Assembly: GCA_965214935.1 (NCBI GenBank)
Contig: CBDCCS010000021.1
Location: 160,001-224,000, forward strand
Direction: 5' to 3'
DNA: 64,000 nucleotides
Origin: Candidatus Velthaea sp.
Lineage (GTDB): Bacteria; Vulcanimicrobiota; Vulcanimicrobiia; Vulcanimicrobiales; Vulcanimicrobiaceae
The notes beneath the pieces are model-generated. The model ran no database searches. It was not told the origin of the DNA and was given only the letters and a program-made list of their open reading frames with translations. The position numbers and the translations under genes were made by a program. Shown one piece after another: positions 28,640 through 40,748 of this stretch; the first letter of the stretch is position 1; each line of letters starts with the position of its first letter.

Positions 28640-30238
28640 GTGAGGTCGCCGCTCCGACTTACCAATCGACATACGCCGCTTCTGCGCTGCCTGTTCTTCG
28701 CGGCGCTTTGGTTCATGACGATCGGGGCGGCAAACGGCCTTGGCGCCGCTCCGCCAATGCAGATAGCGATCGGGAACGGCATCGTCCGCAGCGACGGCAC
28801 CGTTTATCCCGTGCGCGTGCTTAAAGCAGGCAGTCCGATTATCGTTCTTGCGCCGCCTGCCACCCGACTAGCAAGGCTGACCGTCGACGGCAATGTCGTT
28901 CAAGAGGCCGGTGACGACTACGGTATCGGTTTACAGCCGCTGGGACGCAGTAAAGCAAGCTTGAAATTGAGCGGCTTACGTCCGGGTGCGAAAGTTGCGA
29001 TCTTTTGCACCGGCAAGGCGGGAGCACTGACAGTGGTCGACGATCTTGCACTGCTCGGCACAGCCGAGCTCACCGGCCTGATCACGGGTTGCTACTACAC
29101 GTTTTTGGTTTTAGTGGCGCTCTTCCACATTTTGCAGTGCATCGCGACGCACGACCGCACCAATCTTTGGTACGGCGGCTGGGTACTGAGCATCCTGAGC
29201 ATCGATGTTGTCCGCGACGGCTACTTCGGTACGGGCGGCTTCGTTTTTATTCTTTTTCCAATAACGACGACGGCGATCGTGACGTTCAGCGTTGCCTTCG
29301 TCTCAAGCTATCTACACCTGCGCCGAGAAGCCAAACGCTTATTTTACTACGTCATAATCCTTAGCGCGATAACACTCATCGTGCCGATCGTCGCTTTTCC
29401 GATCGCTCATAACTCAAACGATCTGCGAATAATCTGTGCAGCTACGGGTATTCTCTCGCTGTTTTCCGCCGCGGTGGTTCGCTGGCGCACCGGCTTTCGT
29501 CCGGCGGCACCGCTGGCGATTTGTCTTCTTTGCTTAGCGACACCGTTTTGTATACGCTCGGTCTGCATGTTCATGAACACCCCGCCCGTCCTTACCGAGT
29601 GGGGGATCGAAGCCGGTACGTCGGTCGACTTCGCCGGTTTCACCGTTGCAATTGCGTTGCGCCAGCGCTATGCGCGGCGCGAACGCCAACAGCTCGAGGC
29701 TGCGCTGCAAACCTCGCTCTACGATGCCAATCACGATACGCTCACGAATCTCCTTAACCGCCGTGGCTTCGATGAATGGATCCGAAGCAGCGGCGAAGCG
29801 GTTACGACCATCTTTTTTATCGATCTTGACGGCTTCAAAGCAATAAACGATCGCGGCGGCCATGCGGCCGGCGACGACGTCTTACGCATCGTTAGCCGGA
29901 TCATCGCGCGTAACGTTCGAGAATGCGACGCGGTTGCGCGCGTCGGCGGCGACGAGTTCGTCATCGCGTTTTCAGGCGCCCAGTCCGCGGCTGAGATCGC
30001 GGATCTTCACATGCGCATCGACACCGCGGTGAGTGCGCTCGAACCGCTGGGTTCGCGCGATGAAACGCGCATCGGCGCTTCGATCGGCATCGGCGTCATC
30101 GGCGCGGACCGCTCCGTTGAACAGGCGCTGCGTGCTGCGGATGCCGATGCGTACCGGATCAAATTCGAACGCTCGGCGCGGCGGCGCGATGTATCGACGC
30201 ATGCCGCTCAAAATGCGCGCGCGATCGGCGTTATCTGA
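28640..30238 (+). CDS. Membrane diguanylate cyclase (7TM-DISM-like sensor + GGDEF)
   Basis: Signal-like N-terminus, about 7 TM segments, DTLTNLLNRR, DLDGFK.IND, GH.AGD, I-site RECD, intact GGDEF. Start position uncertain. Confidence 0.88.
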   Translation: MRSPLRLTNRHTPLLRCLFFAALWFMTIGAANGLGAAPPMQIAIGNGIVRSDGTVYPVRVLKAGSPIIVLAPPATRLARLTVDGNVVQEAGDDYGIGLQPLGRSKASLKLSGLRPGAKVAIFCTGKAGALTVVDDLALLGTAELTGLITGCYYTFLVLVALFHILQCIATHDRTNLWYGGWVLSILSIDVVRDGYFGTGGFVFILFPITTTAIVTFSVAFVSSYLHLRREAKRLFYYVIILSAITLIVPIVAFPIAHNSNDLRIICAATGILSLFSAAVVRWRTGFRPAAPLAICLLCLATPFCIRSVCMFMNTPPVLTEWGIEAGTSVDFAGFTVAIALRQRYARRERQQLEAALQTSLYDANHDTLTNLLNRRGFDEWIRSSGEAVTTIFFIDLDGFKAINDRGGHAAGDDVLRIVSRIIARNVRECDAVARVGGDEFVIAFSGAQSAAEIADLHMRIDTAVSALEPLGSRDETRIGASIGIGVIGADRSVEQALRAADADAYRIKFERSARRRDVSTHAAQNARAIGVI

Positions 30239-30770
30239 CTTTGTCGACGATGTAGAAGCGGAAGCGTACGTGCTTGCCCGACGCCGGATCGCTCAGCGTC
30301 AACGCCGAGTATCCCGGAGATTTTGCGAGATACGCGCCTTGAACGCCGGACGCATACACCGCATCTTTTGTTTTCACGTCGATGATGTCGGTATTTTGCA
30401 CGCTGTCGACATGCCAAGCGACACCGTCTCGCATCGCGATGGTAATCGTATCACCGAGATGGTAGAAGAGATCACGCTCGGCTTCGTTACTATCGACGGT
30501 GTAGTCGTACGGTGCGAGGTCGCGATCGATATCGCCGAGCATCGCGGTTGCTTGACTATCGCTGTTGGTAATGAGTTTCTGCGTCGCGTCGATTTCGGCA
30601 CGCATGAGAGCGGCGCGGTCCGTCGGCAACAGACCGGCATTGACGTCACCGTCGATCCGTTCACCCAACACGCGCACCATCGTTTGATCCGGCGCGGGGT
30701 CGTACGCCGATACCGCGACCGGCGCCAGCAGCAACATGGCGGCAAAAAGTGCGACCATCGAACGTGTCAT
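30231..30770 (-). CDS. Secreted hypothetical protein; C-terminal half may be a chagasin/I42-like Ig fold
   Basis: Signal peptide ending AVSA; GDTITI...W...A.SPG...LTL...F.F.IV pattern. Confidence 0.6.
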   Translation of the reverse strand: MTRSMVALFAAMLLLAPVAVSAYDPAPDQTMVRVLGERIDGDVNAGLLPTDRAALMRAEIDATQKLITNSDSQATAMLGDIDRDLAPYDYTVDSNEAERDLFYHLGDTITIAMRDGVAWHVDSVQNTDIIDVKTKDAVYASGVQGAYLAKSPGYSALTLSDPASGKHVRFRFYIVDKVR

Positions 30771-30849
30771 ATCAGGCTTTACGGCTGCCGCTACGGCGAA
30801 GTTCCCGGCTGCCGCGTCTCGAACGATTGCACGGTCAGCCGAACGATCT

Positions 30850-31224
30850 TCACCCGTCGAATTGGGGCGGTTGTACCGAAGCCCAGCGTTCGACGATCTT
30901 CGGACCCTCGAATCGCCAAATGACGATACCGGTAAAGATCTCTATTCGGCCGCTCGCAGCGTCCGTTCCGCGCCACGTATTGCGGCAAACGACGCGATCG
31001 TGCTCGGCAATGATGTCTTCAACGACGACGTGCAAGTCCGGATATCTGCGATGCATGCCCGCCATCATCGCTTTATCTTCATCGATCCCCACCGTACGAC
31101 GATCGGGCCCGTCGTGGTCGATGAATGTCGCCGCAAAATTACGGTCGGCGGCTTCGACATCCTTACCGTTAACGAACTCGTCAAAGTGTCGGCGCACGAA
31201 TGTTTTCATTTCTTCGGTCGTCAT
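30850..31224 (-). CDS. SnoaL-like ester cyclase (NTF2 fold)
   Basis: FIDH, YPDLH..VED.IAE.DRV, W.GT, RFEG.KIVERW. Confidence 0.85.
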   Translation of the reverse strand: MTTEEMKTFVRRHFDEFVNGKDVEAADRNFAATFIDHDGPDRRTVGIDEDKAMMAGMHRRYPDLHVVVEDIIAEHDRVVCRNTWRGTDAASGRIEIFTGIVIWRFEGPKIVERWASVQPPQFDG

Positions 31225-31421
31225 CGGCCCCTCGTGATCGGAATGGATAGCGGGTAAGCGACATTGCGCGCGATGCTGCGACGACGGGCGTGACCGGCCG
31301 GTCGCGCAGCGCGCTTCCGTCGCCGATCCACTCGATCTCCGTCGGAAGCAAGTGTGCGATGGCGGTATGATACGGTAAAGAGCACCAGCATGCAGCACCC
31401 GATCGATTAGATGGAATGACA

Positions 31422-31457
31422 AGGCCCCGGACGTTCGTCCGAGGCCTCTTTTTATTT
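31422..31457 (-). terminator. Hairpin terminator downstream of groEL (possibly bidirectional)
   Basis: Minus strand AGGCCTCGGAC-GAAC-GTCCGGGGCCT, an 11-bp stem with one G-U pair; a T-tract follows it on the plus strand. Confidence 0.6.
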
Positions 31458-31504
31458 CACTCGTTGCGTAGACGTGCTTCGGCACGCCGGCGCTGGAAGT
31501 GAAA

Positions 31505-33474
<1,970 letters not shown>

Positions 33475-33508
33475 GAATTGTTCCTCCAACTATGTGTTTA
33501 TACAGATC

Positions 33509-33573
33509 TTGGCACTTCCGGCACACGAGTGCCAGCGCATGCTAGATTAGCAGACTCCACACATGAGTGCAAG
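33509..33573 (-). promoter_or_regulatory. groESL promoter with two CIRCE operators
   Basis: CIRCE at 33509-33535 (TTGGCACTT-N9-GAGTGCCAG) and 33547-33573 (TTAGCAGAC-N9-GAGTGCAAG). The second overlaps minus-strand TTGCAC-17nt-TAATCT. Confidence 0.85.
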
Positions 33574-33679
33574 TGGGCCGCAACGCCTTTCGTGACATTT
33601 CACATCGCCGCGTGCCAACAAGTGAAATGCAGCCCGCCGATCGGCTCGCTGACCTTGTAGAGGCACGCAAACACGGCGC

Positions 33680-35587
33680 TTAATGCGAGATGCGAACGTC
33701 CGAATGCCGGCCCAATCGAGCCGGAACCAGCGAATTGTTTACGGCTGCGTCGATTCGAAAGTGACCGACGATTCCGCCGATTGCCTGCACTTGATTTTGC
33801 AGCGCATCGGCAGCTTTGAGAACTTCGCCGATCTGGGTTCCCAGTCCGACGAGCGATGCGGACACGTCGCCCGCGGCCCGTGACTGCACGTCGGATGTCG
33901 CTTGAACCGCACCGAGCGAGTCACCGACATGAGCGGTCGTCGAACCGACGTTTTCGGCGGCTGCAGCATTCTGTTCGATGATCAGCGAGACGCCTTCGAT
34001 GCTTGCCGTGGCGCGCGTGCTCGCCGCCTCCATCGTTTGCGAGCCGTTGAGCAATGCGGTAGCGATCCTTGATGTATCTTCAATTTTCGACCCGAGCGTT
34101 TCGAGCGCTCCGCGAGCGCGCGACGCCAGCGCCAAACCGCGATCCATGAAGGAACTCGATGCACGCATCGACGTTGCCGCCTCGATCGTTTCGCGCCGGA
34201 TGGTCTCGAGAATTTGACCGATCTCGCGCGTCGACGTCGCCGAGCGTTCGGCCAACTTCCGTACTTCATCGGCGACGACGGCGAAGCCGCGGCCTTGATC
34301 GCCGGCCCGCGCCGCCTCGATTGCTGCATTGAGGGCCAGCAGGTTCGTCTGCTCTGCGATGCCGTCGATGACGGCAACGATTTCGCGCACCGCGTCCGAA
34401 CGTCGTTCGAGCGAACTCATCAACGTTTCGTTCGTCGCTAGCTGTTCGCGCAGGAGGATCACGGCGTTTTCCGTTTCGACGACCGCTTCGATACCGGTGC
34501 TCGCCTCGGTGGTCGCAAGCTGCACGAACGCGCTGACCTTGCGGCCGCGGTCGCCGACGGCGGCGATACCGGTGTTGAGAGCCTGCACTTCGGCGACGAC
34601 CGCCTGGACTGCGGCTTTTTGCTCCGCTGCGCCGCTGGCAATCTTCACTGCCGATTGACCCAATTCATGAATTGCCGCAGCGGCATTGAGCATCTGGCCG
34701 GCTTGTTCGACCGACCCGCTTGCAACGCTTCCGGAGGCCACCGAGATCGTCTCGACGGCTAGGCTCGCCGCGTTCATCGCCGCCGAGCAAGCGCTGCTCG
34801 TCAATGACAGTTCTCCGGCGGACGCGATGAGCGCGCCGACCATGTCGCATAAGTTTTCGCGCGTACGTTCGAACGCCGCAACGCTTGCGACGACCTCCGC
34901 CTGCATTCGATTGAAACTCGTCGCGACTGCGCCGATTTCGTCGGCCGGATCGATGGCGAGCGGGCGAAATTCCAGCTGTGCCGTGCAAGTAAGATCGCCG
35001 CCGGCGAGCGCATCGATCGCAGCGCGAAATCGCGGCAATTGCCGGCCGGCGATGTCGGCACCGGCTGCAGCGATGGCCGCCGTGCCGACCCGGATGCGCT
35101 GAGCGACGAAAATCGCCACCGCCGCTTCGACCGCCACGGCGATCGTATGCGCCAGAACCATCAGCCACGAATTGCCCATCACGGTCATATCACCGAACAC
35201 GAGCTGCGGAAAGAACACGTTGCCCAGCGCGTGGTGCGCGGCGATCGCCACGCTGCCGGCGACGATCGGCAGCCAATCGAAATACATCGTGAGGAACGTC
35301 AAAACGATGAAGACGTGAAAATGCATGACGCTTTGGCCGCCGCTCGCAGCGATCAACGCAGCCGAGTCGGCCATTAAGAGCATTGCTCCGTAGACGCGAA
35401 ATGCCCGCGTTCCGCTCGATCCGGCGAACGCGATGATGCAGCACAGTGCGGCGGCGGCGGCAATCGATATGCCGGCGAGCAAGTGACCGAACATCGCACC
35501 GGCGGCGGCCGCCGCCGGAACGTGCGCCAAGACGGTGTAAAGCACGAAGCGATCGCGTTTGCAATAATCCGTTTTCGGCTCGTGCAT
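33680..35587 (-). CDS. Methyl-accepting chemotaxis protein with a multi-TM sensor
   Basis: About 5-6 TM segments with His residues (MHFH, AHH), HAMP (GDL, DEIG), [39 protein letters not shown]. Confidence 0.93.
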   Translation of the reverse strand: MHEPKTDYCKRDRFVLYTVLAHVPAAAAAGAMFGHLLAGISIAAAAALCCIIAFAGSSGTRAFRVYGAMLLMADSAALIAASGGQSVMHFHVFIVLTFLTMYFDWLPIVAGSVAIAAHHALGNVFFPQLVFGDMTVMGNSWLMVLAHTIAVAVEAAVAIFVAQRIRVGTAAIAAAGADIAGRQLPRFRAAIDALAGGDLTCTAQLEFRPLAIDPADEIGAVATSFNRMQAEVVASVAAFERTRENLCDMVGALIASAGELSLTSSACSAAMNAASLAVETISVASGSVASGSVEQAGQMLNAAAAIHELGQSAVKIASGAAEQKAAVQAVVAEVQALNTGIAAVGDRGRKVSAFVQLATTEASTGIEAVVETENAVILLREQLATNETLMSSLERRSDAVREIVAVIDGIAEQTNLLALNAAIEAARAGDQGRGFAVVADEVRKLAERSATSTREIGQILETIRRETIEAATSMRASSSFMDRGLALASRARGALETLGSKIEDTSRIATALLNGSQTMEAASTRATASIEGVSLIIEQNAAAAENVGSTTAHVGDSLGAVQATSDVQSRAAGDVSASLVGLGTQIGEVLKAADALQNQVQAIGGIVGHFRIDAAVNNSLVPARLGRHSDVRISH

Positions 35588-35721
35588 CTGCGCCTTTCCC
35601 GATGCTCCGTTCGCGACGGAGATTCTCACTCGTTATCGGCAGCCCGGCCGCAAAGACGCGCATCGGCGCCGCAACGGCCGGCGTGGCTGGAACGGCGGTG
35701 CCGTCGCCGAACGTTCGGCGG

Positions 35722-36198
35722 ATGACACGGGCGATGCCACAACCGCGCAAATTCGTACCAGCAGTCGTCGCCGGAGCGTTCGCGGGCTGCACGATTCTGC
35801 TGTGCATCGCGGTTCTGAACGTTGCGGTCTTGCACACGCCGCGCTTTACGCTGAGCGGGCTTTTCGCGTTCGACGCGTCGGCACTCGTCGGTAGCGTTGC
35901 CTACAGCGGCCCGGGCTATATCGTGCTGGGCGTCGTGTTGCACTTCGCCGTCGCAATCGGATGGGCGGCCGGATACTTAATGTTGAGCGAGCGCCAGCCG
36001 CAATTAGTTCAGCGCCCGTATATCTCGGGGGCAGCGTTCGGTGTGCTGGTTTATTTTGCAATGCAACTCGTGCTCGTTGCCGCGAATCTTTATCGGACGC
36101 CGCATACGGCGGACTTAGGCATAGCGCTGCTCGCGCATACCGTATTTTACGGCGTTCCCGTCGCCGTTATCATCCGGCGTGCACGGCGCACGGCATAG
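35722..36198 (+). CDS. Hypothetical membrane protein (4 TM)
   Basis: Hydrophobic helices with G...HF and H..F.G.P motifs; ends 2 nt before alr. Confidence 0.65.
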   Translation: MTRAMPQPRKFVPAVVAGAFAGCTILLCIAVLNVAVLHTPRFTLSGLFAFDASALVGSVAYSGPGYIVLGVVLHFAVAIGWAAGYLMLSERQPQLVQRPYISGAAFGVLVYFAMQLVLVAANLYRTPHTADLGIALLAHTVFYGVPVAVIIRRARRTA

Positions 36199-36200
36199 GC

Positions 36201-37388
36201 GTGCTTGCCGAGCTCGAAGTCGATCTTCATGCCGTGCGCGCTAACATTGCCGCGCTCCGCTCGCTGGTCCATCCGGCGCAACTCGCCGGCGTTATCAAAG
36301 CCAATGCGTACGGACACGGCCTCCGCGAAGTCGGTGCGGCAATTGCCGGCGACGTTGGGCGTCTTTGCGTGTACGAACTGGCCGAAGCGCTCGCGCTGCG
36401 CGAAGCCGGGAATGCCGCACGAATCCATGTGTTGGGACCGGTTGCAGCAGCGGATCTCGATCGGGCGCATGCAGCCGGTGTCGAGCTTACGCTGTGGGAT
36501 CGCGGCAGCTACGCAGCGGACGTCGCGCGCGTCGCTCGGCGCCGGCAAGCACCGTTTCGCATTCAAGCCAAAGTCGATACGGGCGTTACCCGCTTGGGCT
36601 TTTCGGTCGAAGATGCGCCCGCAATCCTTGCCTGGTACGGCACGCAACATGATTTTCAACTCAGCGGCGTGTTTTCGCATCTCGCTGCGGCCGAAGAACT
36701 CGACTCGACGTTCACGCGCGATCAACTTACGGCGTTCGCCCGCGCGACGGCCGGAGTCGACGCAGCGGTCGAGCGGCATATTGCGGCCTCAGCCGCCGCG
36801 ATGCTTTGGCCGCAGACGCGTCTAGACGCCGTGCGCGCCGGCATCGCCATGTACGGCATCTGGCCGTCGCGTCAGACGCAAGCTATCATGCAGGAACGCG
36901 GTCTGCGCCTCGTTCCGGCGCTGGAGTGGACGACGCAGGTCGTACTCATTCATGCGGTACCGGCCGAAACATCGGTCGGCTACGGCTGCACCTACCGCAC
37001 GACACGCGAATCGCGTATCGGCGTCTTGCCGATCGGTTTCGCCGAAGGATTGCCGCGCAGCACTTCGAGCCACGGCTTCGTTCTGGTTGCCGGGCGACGC
37101 GCACCGATCGTCGGGCGCGTCTGCATGAACATGACCTTCGTCGATCTTACCGATGTTGCACCGGCACGCGCCGGCGCGCGCGTTACGCTCATCGGAACCG
37201 ACGGCGCGGAGCGAATCAGCGCTGAAGATGCGGCGGAGTGGGCCGGAACGATCGCTTACGAACTCGTTGCGCGTCTACCGGCTCACGTACCGCGCCGCTT
37301 CGTGCAATGCAGCACGCGTGCGCCGCTTCGTGAAGCCGCCGCCGAACCGCGGCGAACGCAATCGACCATCGTTCGTGCGTCGTTTTGA
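36201..37388 (+). CDS. alr: Alanine racemase
   Basis: IKANAYGHG (PLP Lys), KVDTGVTRLG, FSHLA, VRAGIAMYG, VGYG, GRVCMN, TIAYEL. Confidence 0.95.
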   Translation: MLAELEVDLHAVRANIAALRSLVHPAQLAGVIKANAYGHGLREVGAAIAGDVGRLCVYELAEALALREAGNAARIHVLGPVAAADLDRAHAAGVELTLWDRGSYAADVARVARRRQAPFRIQAKVDTGVTRLGFSVEDAPAILAWYGTQHDFQLSGVFSHLAAAEELDSTFTRDQLTAFARATAGVDAAVERHIAASAAAMLWPQTRLDAVRAGIAMYGIWPSRQTQAIMQERGLRLVPALEWTTQVVLIHAVPAETSVGYGCTYRTTRESRIGVLPIGFAEGLPRSTSSHGFVLVAGRRAPIVGRVCMNMTFVDLTDVAPARAGARVTLIGTDGAERISAEDAAEWAGTIAYELVARLPAHVPRRFVQCSTRAPLREAAAEPRRTQSTIVRASF

Positions 37389-37459
37389 GTGCCCGGTTGA
37401 ATCTTCCGACTCGATCGACGCGCCATCGCGCCCGTTAGGCCGACGCGTACAGCGTGATG

Positions 37460-37810
37460 TTAATTGTGCCCGGGAAGATGATCGCGACCCGCAATGAACC
37501 AGCTAGCGGCGTCCTCGATCCATAAGCTTGCCCCGTCGTGCGCGAGAATTTTCAGTTCGAGCAGGGTTGTGACGGTCGATTCAACGAGCGCCGCCGGTAC
37601 CTCGAAGATCTGCGCCATGAGCGTCGGCGTGAAACGTCCCGTACGACCGTCCGCACAAATAAAGTCGAAGCATCCCAGCCGGACGGATCGCAACGGTGCG
37701 TACGGGTTATCGAGTTCGAGCGCGAGCCGGAGGATATTGTGCCAGACCCCGACTTGATCGGCGCGCAAGACGTTAACGCGCAGGTCTTGCCGTTCGAATC
37801 GGTCCCTCAC
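37460..37810 (-). CDS. Hypothetical winged-helix-like protein
   Basis: FT...MAQIF......VE.T...L..L.IL...G..L.I pattern. Confidence 0.55.
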   Translation of the reverse strand: MRDRFERQDLRVNVLRADQVGVWHNILRLALELDNPYAPLRSVRLGCFDFICADGRTGRFTPTLMAQIFEVPAALVESTVTTLLELKILAHDGASLWIEDAASWFIAGRDHLPGHN

Positions 37811-37924
37811 TTCAGCAACAACAGCACGACGGCGGGCGCTACAACTCGCCGGCGCTGCCCACCAACGGTGTTCGGGAGCATCTACGGCGCGTCGACGTGT
37901 TCGTGCGCGCGCTGCCGTAACGTG

Positions 37925-39145
37925 CTACCGACCATCGTGCACTGCCGCCGAAAAGTTACCCAGGGCTTCGCCGTTCGGGCGTTCGACTCGCCAATCGACG
38001 ATATCGTCAACGTCGACCGAGACGCGATCCCCAATGCCGACCGTCGCGACGGATGGCCGGCGGCTGGCGACGATTGCCTGCAAGCGCTTACCGCCCCATT
38101 CCTCGACTCGAGACCAGACATATTCCGTGCGCCGGTCGGGCGTGGTAAAGCGCGTCTTCACCAGCACGACATCTTGCGTGAGCGCGCGTCGCGCAAAAGC
38201 CCGTTGCGCTTCGCTTAAACGATTTCGCGCGATGCCGGTGGCCTGCGACAACGCAGTCTGCAGCGCGCTCTCGGGTCGCGAGCCGATTTCGAGTATGCGA
38301 CTTGCCGCTTCGAGCGCCGCACCGTCGTCATCGCTCGAAATCGTCACATCCCAATAAACATCAGCAACGTCGGCGGGCGGCGCAAGGCCGATGCAGACGG
38401 TTGTACCGTCGCGGCCGTCGGGTGCGATCTCGGTTGCATTCGCGCGCGCGGCATGCGAACGGCCGACAGCGAAGGTCGCCGGAAGAGTCCAAGCGCCGGG
38501 CTCCGGCGGGCGTGCGTCCACGACCGCCTGCGCGAGCGCGGCGACCAAGACGCCGTCAACGTCCGCCGGCGGCCAACTGCCGCGAAGTCGCAATTCGAAT
38601 AAGCCGTACTTATTGAGTCCGATCGTCGTCGTCGTCGTCTGCCGGCCGCCGGAATCCACCGACGTGACGATCGCAACGTGGTTCTTGATGGCGCCGAATA
38701 AGAACCCGTCGAGCGGATTTTCTAAGACAGATTGCGGCAGAACGCGAAAGGTGCCGGAGTCGTAAACGATCCCGTCGGCTGCGCCGGCCATCGTCGCAGC
38801 TAACACCAGTAAGCCCCAGGGCGCACACGGATCGAGCGCGCCGGCGGTCTGCGCGCGAATGAGCATACCATGGGTGGCATTGGCGAAACGGTGTGTTTGT
38901 GCAGCCTCGATACCGAGTTCGGCGAGCGCCTGCGCTGGTAGCTGCGCGCGTACTTCGGCTAACGGAACGATGCCCGCGCGCCCATGATTGACGATCCACC
39001 GGCCTAATTGCACGGCCGGCGGCGGTCCCGCCGCAAGCGCTTCCAACACGCGGTCCAGAATCGACCGGGGCGCTTCGCCGAGCCGGCGATCGCCGGCGAC
39101 AAAAAGTGCGTACGCGAAGTTTGGTGGAATCGTCCAGGTCGCCAT
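37925..39145 (-). CDS. DUF2314 (YegJ-like) domain-containing protein
   Basis: C-terminal K..F....EYVW..V...GD.V......DW...GNFS; central T.GL.KYGL.EL. Confidence 0.7.
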   Translation of the reverse strand: MATWTIPPNFAYALFVAGDRRLGEAPRSILDRVLEALAAGPPPAVQLGRWIVNHGRAGIVPLAEVRAQLPAQALAELGIEAAQTHRFANATHGMLIRAQTAGALDPCAPWGLLVLAATMAGAADGIVYDSGTFRVLPQSVLENPLDGFLFGAIKNHVAIVTSVDSGGRQTTTTTIGLNKYGLFELRLRGSWPPADVDGVLVAALAQAVVDARPPEPGAWTLPATFAVGRSHAARANATEIAPDGRDGTTVCIGLAPPADVADVYWDVTISSDDDGAALEAASRILEIGSRPESALQTALSQATGIARNRLSEAQRAFARRALTQDVVLVKTRFTTPDRRTEYVWSRVEEWGGKRLQAIVASRRPSVATVGIGDRVSVDVDDIVDWRVERPNGEALGNFSAAVHDGR

Positions 39146-39307
39146 GTCGCAGCCCCACCGCTAGACGCAGGTTTGATGGGCCACTCGTTGCGTTCGCCGC
39201 GCGCGGTTCCTGGGCGGCGACATTCATCTACGGCGCTCCGGCATCTGTTTTCACCGCTTCTTCACCGCTACAGGTCACGTTGAGCCGATTGAAACGTGCA
39301 GATGCTT

Positions 39308-40063
39308 TTAACGATTGGGAGCGCGCAACGCGGCGATTGCCGCCGCCAACGAGATGCTACCGTCGTAGAGTGCGCGGCCGATGATCGCGGCATCGACATT
39401 GGCCGGCGTACCGTCACGCAGCGCCAGCAGGCCGGCCAGGGTTGCGGCACCGCCGCTGGCCGTAATGCGGGCGCGCGTCAACGCGGCAACATGCGCGAGC
39501 GCAGCAATATCGTAACCGGCACCCATACCGTCGCGCGCGATCTCGGTGAACACAATTCGCGCGACGCCCCAGCCGACAACGGTCCGGACGAGGTCGTCAC
39601 GCCGCACCGCTCCGTCGTTTTGCCAGCCGCGCGTCGCAACGCGGTCGCCGCGCGCATCGATTCCCGCGACGATCGCCGGACCGAATTCCGTCACGATCGC
39701 GCGCGCGATAGCCGGTGCTTCGACAAGTACCGTGCCGATGACCACCGCCTGCGCCCCGGCATCGAATCGCATTCGAACGTCCGCGAGCGTCCGAATGCCT
39801 CCGCCGGTTTGCACCGGTACGTCGACGGCGGCGCAAATCGCTCGCAGCGCAGCATGATTTTCACCGGTTCCGAAGGCGCCGTCGAGATCCACGACATGCA
39901 CCTGCCCGGCGCCGGCCGCCACGAACGTTCGGGCTCGCGCAACGGGATCGTCATCATACCGCGTTTCACGCGCCGGATCGCCACGCTCTAAGCGAACGCA
40001 ACGGCCGGCGCGCAAATCGATCGCGGGATAGACGGCAATAAAGCGATCGCTCACATATTGCAA
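39308..40063 (-). CDS. hisA: ProFAR isomerase HisA
   Basis: PAIDLR.G.CVRL..G, HVVDLDGA, GGGIR, RDG, SGG; start could instead be GTG at 40054. Confidence 0.95.
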   Translation of the reverse strand: MQYVSDRFIAVYPAIDLRAGRCVRLERGDPARETRYDDDPVARARTFVAAGAGQVHVVDLDGAFGTGENHAALRAICAAVDVPVQTGGGIRTLADVRMRFDAGAQAVVIGTVLVEAPAIARAIVTEFGPAIVAGIDARGDRVATRGWQNDGAVRRDDLVRTVVGWGVARIVFTEIARDGMGAGYDIAALAHVAALTRARITASGGAATLAGLLALRDGTPANVDAAIIGRALYDGSISLAAAIAALRAPNR

Positions 40064-40071
40064 CGTCGTCT

Positions 40072-40683
40072 TTAGGCGGCGATGCGTAAGAAGTTATCGA
40101 GTAAAATACCGCCGGTGCGGGCGCTTTTTTCGGGGTGGAACTGCGTTGCCATCAAATTGTTGCGCGCGACGACGGCGGCAAAACGTTCGCCGTATTCGGC
40201 ACTGGCCAGCACGTCGGTACTGTCGGTGACCCGAAACGAATGCAAGAAGTACGCAAATTCGCCGCCGTGCAGACCGGCGATAAACGGATGCGCGCGTTCG
40301 ATCGATAGATCGTTCCAGCCCATATGCGGAACGCGCGGAGCGCGTACGAATCGTCGCACGGTTCCGGGCAGGAGCCCGAGCCCGGCATGACCGCCATACT
40401 CATCGCTCGATGCAAATAGCGCTTGCATGCCCACGCAAATTCCCAAGAACGGCTTACCGCTTTGCACGACGTTTCGAATCGCCCGGTCGAGGCCGCGCGC
40501 GCGCAGCGCATCCATCGTTGCCCCAAACGCGCCATCACCCGGTAGGATCGCCGCGCTCGCCGATTCTACGCGTTGCGGATCATCGCTCAAGGCGAACGGA
40601 ACCGCACGGCGTTCGAGCGCCGACACGAGCGATCCGATATTTCCGCCGCCGTAATCGATCACGACCAAGCGCTCAGATTGCAT
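40072..40683 (-). CDS. hisH: Imidazole glycerol phosphate synthase, glutaminase subunit
   Basis: DYGGGN, LPG.G.F, GICVGMQ, PHMGWN, YF.HS, QFHPEKS. Confidence 0.96.
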   Translation of the reverse strand: MQSERLVVIDYGGGNIGSLVSALERRAVPFALSDDPQRVESASAAILPGDGAFGATMDALRARGLDRAIRNVVQSGKPFLGICVGMQALFASSDEYGGHAGLGLLPGTVRRFVRAPRVPHMGWNDLSIERAHPFIAGLHGGEFAYFLHSFRVTDSTDVLASAEYGERFAAVVARNNLMATQFHPEKSARTGGILLDNFLRIAA

Positions 40684-40748
40684 GTCCGGTCATTCGCGGA
40701 CGCAGCACGTTGCGCATGCGTGGTCGCGCGCAGCGTCCGTCTCGGCCG

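Noticed and set aside
25700..31450. Genomic island or mobile element
   Set aside because: Accessory and decayed genes are present, but I saw no integrase, transposase, tRNA target or flanking direct repeats.
33588..33632. CRP/Rex-like site (GTGACATTTCAC and CATTTCAC...GTGAAATG)
   Set aside because: Spacing does not fit TGTGA-N6-TCACA; too weak to assign.
39250..39269. Direct repeat TTCACCGCT x2 upstream of the DUF2314 gene
   Set aside because: Only two short copies with no supporting promoter; may be chance.
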